NCBI GenBank assembly: GCA_002269645.1
Contig: NIVC01000257.1
Span: 62,001 to 126,000, forward strand
DNA: 64,000 bases
Origin: Macrostomum lignano
Lineage: Eukaryota
Reading direction: 5' to 3'
The notes below the pieces were generated by a model. It made no database searches, had not been told where the DNA came from, and was given only the letters and a program-made list of their open reading frames with translations. The number at the start of each line of letters is the position of its first letter. The stretch's first letter is position 1. The translations under genes and the position numbers were made by a program. Of this stretch, positions 53,557 to 64,000 are shown one piece after another.

Positions 53557-54179
53557 ACTGAAGAGACTGAATAAAACATCAATCACTAGCTTTATTGTCA
53601 GCAAGGCTTAGCGGAGAAGATTTGGAGATGCATGGCATGAGAAAAAATGAGTGATTGGTATGAAGGCAGGAGCGATTTGGAATTCGAAGGTTCGATGGCA
53701 TTGGCTGTTAAACAGGGCAAAATCACTCTAGAACAGGTTTCAGAGAACTGTTCTGGAGGTCAGATGGAAGCCAAGCAGAAATTGTTTAGGCCGAATACAA
53801 GTGCCATTTGGTATTCGACTGCCAGTCAGTCCGTTTTCAAATGATTTCTTTGTTATCGGGGGCAGGGGGTTGGCGAACTTAATTATAATTTGGCGATAAT
53901 TATTTTTTTAACGAAGTTTTGACAAGTTGACGGGCGGGTGAGTGATTGGCCTGTCTGAGTTCTATTCGAGCTAATTATGGCTAATTTATATTTAGAATTG
54001 TTGCAATCCCTCTGATGCTGAGGGCAGCGATTATCCGCAAATTAGTCTGTCATGGTGAGTAAGGCTTCTCCATCTCTCTCCTCGCCTCTCTGTTCGCTCC
54101 TCTCCCCTTCCACATGCTGCCTGGTAGCCTGACTCATGGGATTGGGCAGTGACATCTCACAACCCCCTATCCCTGTCTA

Positions 54180-54905
54180 CTGCCTACTCACTGATTCTCA
54201 CACTGCCTACTCACTGATTCTCACACTGTCTACACACTGATTCTCACACTGCCTACTCACTGATCCTCACACTGTCTACTCACTGATTCTCACACTGCCT
54301 ACTCACTGATTCTCACACTGCCTACTCACTGATTCTCACACTGCCTACTCACTGATTCTCACACTGTCTACACACTGATTCTCACACTGCCTACTCACTG
54401 ATTCTCACACTGCCTACTCACTGATTCTCACACTGCCTACTCACTGATTCTCACACTGCCTACTCACTGATTCTCACACTGCCTACTCACTGATTCTCAC
54501 ACTGCCTACTCACTGATTCTCACACTGCCTACTCACTGATTCTCACACTGCCTACTCACTGATTCTCACACTGCCTACTCACTGATTCTCACACTGCCTA
54601 CTCACTGATTCTCACACTGTCTACACACTGATTGTCACACTGCCTACTCACTGATTCTCACACTGCCTACTCACTGATTCTCACACTGCCTACTCACTGA
54701 TTCTCACACTGCCTACTCACTGATTCTCACACTGCCTACTCACTGATTCTCACACTGCCTACTCACTGATTCTCACACTGCCTACTCACTGATTCTCACA
54801 CTGCCTACTCACTGATTGTCACACTGCCTACTCACTGATTCTCACACTGCCTACTCACTGATTCTCACACTGCCTACTCACTGATTGTCACACTGCCTAC
54901 TCACT
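54180..54905. repeat. 23-bp minisatellite (CACTGATTCTCACACTGCCTACT), ~31 units
   Basis: Direct reading. Confidence 0.97.
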
Positions 54906-55825
54906 GCCTTCTTACTGTGCGCGCCTAATCAGGCATTCATCACAAAAGCAGCCACTTGGAGAACAAGTTGGCACTTTTTTAAAAGAGGCCCCTTAAATGA
55001 AACAGTCCACACGCGCTAGTGCAGCCTGAAATCTCCCTAGGGGATTCGAAAAGATGCAGGGCGCAGAGGGCAGCAGCGCTAGCAACTACTAGGAGGCAGC
55101 ATGCAGTCGATGCCAATATGGCTTTGAAAGAATCGCATAAATTGTCCAGCTCCGCCGTGTCGTCCCCTCCGCCGCACCGCCGGATCCCGACTCCCGTTCA
55201 CCTCTCCCTGGAGGGGTAGGGAAGGGCAAAGAGAGCGAGAGAGAGAGAGAGAGTGAAGGGAAGAACTGAAGGCTGCGTGTTGTCGAGAAGAGGATGCGAG
55301 TAAAATGTATCAGCTTTGAATAAGACTCTCGCCTCTCCTTCTGTTCCCAGTAGCCGCTGTGCACCGCTGCAGGATTTACGATGGCCATCTCGCATCTCCC
55401 ATTTTTCGGAGCATTAAAAGTCGAGAGGGGGGGCAGCAGCGACTGAGTCGGTGACGGCAGAGTGGCCAGTCTGCCGCCTCCTTGATGTGTTTGCAGGGGG
55501 CGCTGCACTTGTTGCCCTAGTGACAAGGGAAAGGCTTTCTCTTGCTTCTCCTCTCCCATTATCCCCCCGTGTTCCCTAGCGGCTAAAAGACTCCCTCCGG
55601 CAAAAGAAGTTTTTTTGGCACCATGTAAAAGGTGGAAAAGCTGCTTTTGCGGATCTTGTTGCCTCTTCTGTAGATTTTCCGCTTCTGCTGGAAGAGCCTG
55701 TGGACTTTTTCTTCCGTTCGTCTCGTTCTTTTTACACGCGGTTGGGATTCAAATCTGATTCTTCTTATCCTATAGAGCCATTTTAAAGTTTTCCTTAAAG
55801 TTTGTATTCCGTAGTATCGTCTACC

Positions 55826-56300
55826 TCTCGGTCTCCCACCTGAAGCATCATCCACCTCTCGGTCTCCCACCTGAAGCATCATCCACCTCTCGGTCTCCAC
55901 CTGAAGCATCATCTACTTCACAGTCTCCCACCTGAAGCATCATCTACTTCACAGTCTCCCAACTGAAGCATCATCCACCTCTCGGTCTCCACCTGAAGCA
56001 TCATCTACTTCACAGTCTCCCACCTGAAGCATCATCTACTTCACAGTCTCCCACCTGAAGCATCATCTACTTCACAGTCTCCCACCTGAAGCATCATGTA
56101 CCTCTCGGTCTCCCACCTGAAGCATCATCCACCTCTCGGTCTCCACCTGAAGCATCATCTACCTCACAGTCTCCCACCTGAAGCATCATGTACCTCTCGG
56201 TCTCCCACCTGAAGCATCATCTACCTCTCGGTCTCCCACCTGAAGCATCATGTACCTCACGGTCTCCCACCTGAAGCATCATGTACCTCACGGTCATCTA
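55826..56300. repeat. ~31-bp minisatellite (CTCCCACCTGAAGCATCATCTACCTCTCGGT), ~15 units
   Basis: Direct reading. Confidence 0.95.
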
Positions 56301-56500
56301 CCTCACCTTTCTGTAGAAAACTCAAACCAAAATGATGGGTTCCAGCAGTTTTGCCAACAAAAAACCCATTAAAAACCAATAACTTCGTGAGAAAATATAT
56401 ATGTTTAAATATAAAACAACCCCTTGACTACACTACTATAAGTAGCAGGCACAACATTTTCGTTACTGCAAAAATTCCCAATCAAAAAATTTTCAAACAG

Positions 56501-56940
56501 CCGCCGAGCGCTTCATGACGCTGCCCGGTGGCTGCCCGGCCGCCAGATCCCGGTCCCCGGCCTGCAACTGCATCCTTGAGGAGGAATACCCGGGCTGCCA
56601 CCACGAGCACATCCCACTGACCGCCTGCCGGCAGCCGCAGTCACCGTACTCGGGCATCGGCGGCGGCGGCGGTGCGTTCAGCGGCGGCCGGTTCACGCCG
56701 TCGACAATATCGGCTGCGTCGTCCTCCGGACAGCAGCCCTCGCACCAGCTGCCAGGATTCAACAGTCCGCTGACTTTGCTTGGCGAGCCAAGGTTTGGCG
56801 ACATCTCGTTGGGCGGCGGTCACTCCGCGGATTATCGATCGCTGAGCCGCGGCAGCGTTCTCTCGCCCATCGCCGGCAGTCGGGCCGCCACGCCGCAGAG
56901 TTTCACCAACGGCGACAAGCCAAAATCGGCCGCAGTCTAG
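56501..56940 (+). CDS. Protocadherin terminal coding exon 5
   Basis: Acceptor tttcaaacag|CC, phase 1, matching exon 4 (A+CC = Thr). GC-rich coding-like island [10 protein letters not shown]...[11 protein letters not shown] at 56938-56940. The five exons total 3423 nt, a multiple of 3. Confidence 0.78.
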
Positions 56941-56972
56941 CCAGACTGAACCCTTGGTAGATGATCGTTTTG

Positions 56973-57430
<458 letters not shown>

Positions 57431-58199
57431 GCGCTCATTAAGGTCTCAAAGCCGATTGATTCATGCCTCATAGATGATACTGGGGTTCCCCCCACCCCCC
57501 ATTCTCAGCTTGTCGCACAAATACAGCTTTCAGATGCCGATATGTATAGAAAACAGAATTAGTGCAGGAATATTTCTATCCTTGCTAATTGTTTCAATTT
57601 ATTTTATCGCACAAAAAGCAAACAGAGACTCGTCAATTTGTTAATTTTAATCTGCTTGCTTGTGAAGCCAATGTATTGCTTAGGGAGTCTTCATTCACAC
57701 TAAACTGCTATTACTCAGTAGTGCTATGCGAGTTATAGTGCAGTATATTTTGTTGCAGTATGAATATAAAATATTATAAGTGTGCACAATGCTCCAAAAT
57801 GGTTGTGTGTCCCAGGCTTCTGTAGACAAATGGAAGAGTGTTTTAATTTTGCTGCATTTAACTGAACCCGAAATCCTATTGTTAGCGGCTAACTAATTAC
57901 TTTGATTTTGAAACTATATTAAAGTTTACTTACAATATAATCGATTTGTCATATACTACTATTAATAGCATTGGATGATGACTAATCAATAGAATATGTT
58001 GTGCCGTACATACACAACTGCCATCAAGCTTCTATCAAGAATATTATACTGGAAAGCCTGTTTTGTACAAAATATAGTTCGTGCTGTTGAAACTAACCGT
58101 TTGTACACATGTTTTGCTAAATGCTTGCTTATATTATATTATGCGGAGCCCTTGCGCCTGGCTCCAATTGAGTCAACACAAGCTTAATACTTATCGAAT

Positions 58200-58227
58200 A
58201 ATAAATCTAATGCTTATTATAAATAAA
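58200..58227 (+). terminator. Candidate polyadenylation signals of the protocadherin 3'UTR
   Basis: Two AATAAA (58200-58205, 58222-58227) at the end of an AT-rich stretch about 1.3 kb after the stop codon. Confidence 0.45.
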
Positions 58228-58340
58228 ATTCTAATATGCAATTAGTCTGTATTGACACCTGTCAGAATATAGAGCAAAGCGACTCCCCCATTCTTACTGC
58301 TTTGGATTTTATAGGGACCTGGCTGCTTAAATGGAGAGCG

Positions 58341-58860
58341 ATTCTTAGGTGAGACTTGAAATGGCAAGGGTGATTCTTAGGTGAGACTTGAAATGGCAAG
58401 GGTGATTCTTAGGTGAGACTTGAAATGGGAAGGGTGATTCTTAGGTGAGACTTGAAAATGGGAAGGGTTATTCTTAGGTGAGACTTGAAATGGGAAGGGT
58501 GATTCTTAGGTGAGACTTGAAATGGGAAGAGTGATTCTTAGGTGAGACTTGAAAATGGGAAGGGTTATTCTTAGGTGAGACTTGAAATGGCAAGGGTGAT
58601 TCTTAGGTGAGACTTGAAATGGGAAGGGTGATTCTTAGGTGAGACTTGAAATGGGAAGGGTGATTCTTAGGTGAGACTTGAAATGGGAAGGGTGATTCTT
58701 AGGTGAGACTTGAAATGGCAAGGGTGATTCTTAGGTGAGACTTGAAATGGCAAGGGTGATTCTTAGGTGAGACTTGAAATGGGAAGGGTGATTCTTAGGT
58801 GAGACTTGAAATGGGAAGGGTGATTCTTAGGTGAGAATTGAAATGGGAAGGGTGATTCTC
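58341..58860. repeat. 32-bp minisatellite (GATTCTTAGGTGAGACTTGAAATGGGAAGGGT), ~16 units
   Basis: Direct reading. Confidence 0.96.
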
Positions 58861-61800
58861 AGGTGCGACGAGAAAATAGGAAAGGGCGATTCTCGGGTGA
58901 GGCTTGGAAAGGAGAGGGGCGATTCTCAGGTGAGACTTGGAAAGGAGAAAGGCGATTCTCAGGTGAGACTTGGAAAGGAGAGAGGCTATTCTCAGATGAG
59001 ACTGGGAAAGGAGAGAGGCTATTCTCAGATGAGACTGGGAAAGGAGAGAGGCTATTCTCAGATAAGACTGGGAAAGGAGAGAGGCTATTCTCAGATGAGA
59101 CTGGGAAAGGAGAGAGGCTATTCTCAGATGAGACTTGGAAAGGAGAGAGGCTATTCTCAGATAAGACTGGGAAAGGAGAGAGGCTATTCTCAGATGAGAC
59201 TTGGAAAGGAGAGAGGCTATTCTCAGATGAGACTTGGAAAGGAGAGAGGCTATTCTCAGATGAGACTGGGAAAGGAGAGAGGCTATTCTCAGATGAGACT
59301 TGGAAAGGAGAGAGGCTATTCTCAGATGAGACTTGGAAAGGAGAGAGGCTATTCTCAGATAAGACTGGGAAAGGAGAGAGGCTATTCTCAGATGAGACTT
59401 GGAAAGGAGAGAGGCTATTCTCAGATGAGACTTGGAAAGGAGAGAGGCTATTCTCAGATGAGACTGGGAAAGGAGAGAGGCTATTCTCAGATAAGACTGG
59501 GAAAGGAGAGAGGCTATTCTCAGATGAGACTTGGAAAGGAGAGAGGCTATTCTCAGATAAGACTGGGAAAGGAGAGAGGCTATTCTCAGATAAGACTGGG
59601 AAAGGAGAGAGGCTATTCTCAGATGAGACTTGGAAAGGAGAGAGGCTATTCTCAGATAAGACTGGGAAAGGAGAGAGGCTATTCTCAGATGAGACTTGGA
59701 AAGGAGAGAGGCTATTCTCAGATAAGACTGGGAAAGGAGAGAGGCTATTCTCAGATAAGACTGGGAAAGGAGAGAGGCTATTCTCAGATAAGACTGGGAA
59801 AGGAGAGAGGCTATTCTCAGATAAGACTTGGAAAGGAGAGAGGCTATTCTCAGGTGAGACTTGGAAAGGAGAGAGGCGATTCTCAGATGAGACTTGGAAA
59901 GGAGAGAGGCTATTCTCAGATGAGACTGGGAAAGGAGAGAGGCTATTCTCAGATGAGACTGGGAAAGGAGAGAGGCTATTCTCAGATGAGACTGGGAAAG
60001 GAGAGAGGCTATTCTCAGATGAGACTGGGAAAGGAGAGAGGCTATTCTCAGATGAGACTTGGAAAGGAGAGAGGCTATTCTCAGATGAGACTTGGAAAGG
60101 AGAGAGGCTATTCTCAGATGAGACTGGGAAAGGAGAGAGGCTATTCTCAGATAAGACTGGGAAAGGAGAGAGGCTATTCTCAGATAAGACTGGGAAAGGA
60201 GAGAGGCTATTCTCAGATAAGACTGGGAAAGGAGAGAGGCTATTCTCAGATGAGACTTGGAAAGGAGAGAGGCTATTCTCAGATGAGACTTGGAAAGGAG
60301 AGAGGCTATTCTCAGATGAGACTGGGAAAGGAGAGAGGCTATTCTCAGATGAGACTTGGAAAGGAGAGAGGCTATTCTCAGATGAGACTTGGAAAGGAGA
60401 GAGGCTATTCTCAGATAAGACTGGGAAAGGAGAGAGGCTATTCTCAGATGAGACTTGGAAAGGAGAGAGGCTATTCTCAGATAAGACTGGGAAAGGAGAG
60501 AGGCTATTCTCAGATAAGACTGGGAAAGGAGAGAGGCTATTCTCAGATAAGACTGGGAAAGGAGAGAGGCTATTCTCAGATAAGACTTGGAAAGGAGAGA
60601 GGCTATTCTCAGATGAGACTTGGAAAGGAGAGAGGCTATTCTCAGATAAGACTGGGAAAGGAGAGAGGCTATTCTCAGATAAGACTGGGAAAGGAGAGAG
60701 GCTATTCTCAGATAAGACTGGGAAAGGAGAGAGGCTATTCTCAGATAAGACTGGGAAAGGAGAGAGGCTATTCTCAGATAAGACTGGGAAAGGAGAGAGG
60801 CTATTCTCAGATAAGACTGGGAAAGGAGAGAGGCTATTCTCAGATAAGACTGGGAAAGGAGAGAGGCTATTCTCAGATGAGACTTGGAAAGGAGAGAGAC
60901 TATTCTCAGATAAGACTGGGAAAGGAGAGAGGCTATTCTCAGATAAGACTGGGAAAGGAGAGAGGCTATTCTCAGATAAGACTGGGAAAGGAGAGAGGCT
61001 ATTCTCAGATAAGACTGGGAAAGGAGAGAGGCTATTCTCAGATGAGACTGGGAAAGGAGAGAGGCTATTCTCAGATAAGACTGGGAAAGGAGAGAGGCTA
61101 TTCTCAGATAAGACTGGGAAAGGAGAGAGGCTATTCTCAGATAAGACTGGGAAAGGAGAGAGGCTATTCTCAGGTGAGACTTGACAATGGGAGAGGCGAT
61201 TCTCAGGTGAGACTTTATAATAGGAAGGGCGATTTTCAGGTGAGACTTGACAATGGGAGGGGCGATTCTCAGGTGAGACTTGACAATGGGAGGGGCGATT
61301 CTCAGGTGAGACTTGGAAAGGAGAGAGGCGATTCTCAGGTGAGACTCAGGTGAGGAGAGAGGCTATAGGAAGGGCGATTTTCAGGTGAGACTTGACAATG
61401 GGAGGGGCGATTCTCAGGTGAGACTTGGAAAGGAGAGAGGCTATTCTCAGATAAGACTGGGAAATGGGAGGGGCGATTCTCAGGTGAGACTTGACAATGG
61501 GAGGGGCGATTCTCAGGTGAGACTTGGAAAGGAGAGAGGCTATTCTCAGATGAGACTTGGAAAGGAGAGAGGCTATTCTCAGATGAGACTGGGAAAGGAG
61601 AGAGGCTATTCTCAGATGAGACTTGGAAAGGAGAGAGGCTATTCTCAGATGAGACTTGGAAAGGAGAGAGGCTATTCTCAGATGAGACTGGAAAGGAGAG
61701 AGGCTATTCTCAGATGAGACTGGGAAAGGAGAGAGGCTATTCTCAGATGAGACTGGGAAAGGAGAGAGGCTATTCTCAGATGAGACTTGGAAAGGAGAGA

Positions 61801-62832
61801 GGCTATTCTCAGATAAGACTGGGAAAGGAGAGAGGCTATTCTCAGATGAGACTGGGAAAGGAGAGAGGCTATTCTCAGATGAGACTTGGAAAGGAGAGAG
61901 GCTATTCTCAGATAAGACTGGGAAAGGAGAGAGGCTATTCTCAGATGAGACTTGGAAAGGAGAGAGGCTATTCTCAGATAAGACTGGGAAAGGAGAGAGG
62001 CGATTCTCAGATGAGACTTGGAAAGGAGAGAGGCTATTCTCAGATGAGACTTGGAAAGGAGAGAGGCTATTCTCAGATGAGACTTGGAAAGGAGAGAGGC
62101 TATTCTCAGATGAGACTGGGAAAGGAGAGAGGCTATTCTCAGATGAGACTGGGAAAGGAGAGAGGCTATTCTCAGATGAGACTTGGAAAGGAGAGAGGCT
62201 ATTCTCAGATAAGACTGGGAAAGGAGAGAGGCTATTCTCAGATAAGACTGGGAAAGGAGAGAGGCTATTCTCAGATAAGACTGGGAAAGGAGAGAGGCGA
62301 TTCTCAGATGAGACTGGGAAAGGAGAGAGGCTATTCTCAGATGAGACTTGGAAAGGAGAGAGGCTATTCTCAGATAAGACTGGGAAAGGAGAGAGGCTAT
62401 TCTCAGATGAGACTGGGAAAGGAGAGAGGCTATTCTCAGATGAGACTTGGAAAGGAGAGAGGCTATTCTCAGATAAGACTGGGAAAGGAGAGAGGCTATT
62501 CTCAGATAAGACTTGGAAAGGAGAGAGGCTATTCTCAGATAAGACTGGGAAAGGAGAGAGGCGATTCTCAGATGAGACTGGGAAAGGAGAGAGGCTATTC
62601 TCAGATGAGACTTGGAAAGGAGAGAGGCTATTCTCAGATAAGACTGGGAAAGGAGAGAGGCTATTCTCAGATGAGACTGGGAAAGGAGAGAGGCTATTCT
62701 CAGATGAGACTTGGAAAGGAGAGAGGCTATTCTCAGATAAGACTGGGAAAGGAGAGAGGCGATTCTCAGATGAGACTGGGAAAGGAGAGAGGCTATTCTC
62801 AGATGAGACTTGGAAAAGAGAGAGGCTATTCT
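58861..62832. repeat. 33-bp minisatellite (GCTATTCTCAGATGAGACTGGGAAAGGAGAGAG), ~4 kb, related to the 32-bp array
   Basis: 11-aa periodicity in the ORF track; intermediate-type units at about 58860-58980 and 61170-61520. Confidence 0.97.
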
Positions 62833-64000
62833 CTGGGGTCCTACTTATGAGCAGAACAAAGCAACTAAACATGGAGAACGAAATTCAGCTAGCTTTAAAA
62901 ATTCTTGTCTACTTGTACACTACTGATAAGAATTTTCAGACCTACAAAAACCGAACTTTGTACCATAGACCAAAACTTTTGTAGTATTGCGAGTATACGA
63001 GCTAATAGATATCAATGTCATGCCAATTGGTTTCAGGCCATAGACAATAACAAAAATGAGTTTAAGAAAGTTATTTCTAGCCGCACTTTTGTCTATGGCA
63101 CCAACCAATTTCCAGCCAAGGACTAACAATTATAAAGCCAGATTAGAAAGATTTATATCAGTCAGTTACTAAGGTGATTGCGCAACGGTCTGTTTACAAT
63201 CAGACTAACGCAGTAGGCAACTAGACAAACTAGACACAGCTTAAAACAGGCAGCGGCTTGCCTAGACAGACCTGCAGGACGATTTCAACTCTCCTTCGAA
63301 ATGACAGAGTGAGTCAGCGAGCGATTCAAAAGAAATTCATTGTTGTTAAGGCGAGGCAACACCTCTATAGCTACGAGTATAAGTGCGAGATAGATACAAA
63401 ATTAGGTAGACCAGTAGGACTAAACAATCAAGACCCAGAAGCTCAGAATTAGACAGCCGAAAAGATAAAACCGCAAGTCTTGTCGTGACCTCAGACGACC
63501 TTATCTTTCACATTGAACATTTGACAAGTCAACGTTTTTATAGTGCTATCAAGCGCCAGTCGGCTGGAAGCGCAGCTGACAGGTGTGTTGCTAGGCACAG
63601 TTTATTTTTACCAGAACAGAGAAAATATATATAATAACAATAATCTGCTGCGGGCTTCTAAAGCTATAATTCTACGTATAATCAGGAAATCTTAAATAAT
63701 GCTATTAACAGATGGACAGCGACACAGACTGGGGTCTCTGGGAAGATTTGATGATGGGCAAACATTGATTGCGCGAAATGCAGCTCATGAATTGACTCGA
63801 TTAATTGCAATATATCTATATCGCTAATATGCATAGGTATACGATAATGTTAACAACAAAAGCAAAGTGTAGCCGGGGCAAAATAACTGAAATTTCGAAC
63901 AAGATATAGACAAGAAACTGGAACCGGGCATTGAACAGAGGAAACGGGAGATCAAAAAATCGGAAGGGAGGGGATAAGAGGATTAAGGTACATGGCAATG

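Noticed and set aside
56570-56620. Cys/His cluster in exon 5 as protocadherin CM2
   Set aside because: It lacks the GHSDxCWMP core; similarity is limited to Cys/Glu content.
58831-62872. Long 11-aa-periodic ORFs on both strands
   Set aside because: Artefact of a 33-bp unit lacking stops; no unique domain or splice support.

Overview
Eukaryotic (metazoan) genomic DNA. By eye, about 55% of the window is some 35 separate tandem arrays (units 2-55 bp, mostly unrelated to each other), alternating with 0.5-3 kb unique islands. One protein-coding gene is well supported: a + strand delta-like protocadherin assembled by hand from five phase-compatible coding exons (34197-34913, 35399-36829, 37649-38332, 50080-50230, 56501-56940; 3423 nt, 1140 aa). 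It has a signal peptide, 7 cadherin repeats, one TM helix, a WIRS motif (LTTFGH), a CM1-like motif (SADSGHGASEEE) and ends in KSAAV. Almost all other long ORFs in the supplied track are stop-free repeat artefacts. TTAGGG repeats, GC3-rich exons with poly-Gly/Ala and extreme minisatellite density fit a free-living flatworm such as Macrostomum; this is an unconfirmed inference. The most unusual pattern is that several intronic arrays are built, on the sense strand, from splice-signal look-alikes. Intron 2 holds about 30 acceptor mimics ahead of a weak true acceptor. Intron 3 holds 21 tandem acceptor units leading into a candidate alternative last exon. Donor mimics follow exon 4. Also notable are a ~440-bp higher-order unit carrying telomeric repeats next to a 3.1-kb satellite, inverted (TATC)n/(GATA)n blocks bracketing exons 1-3, and minisatellites that multiply TF-like motifs. 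All counts were made by eye; no searches or computations were run.
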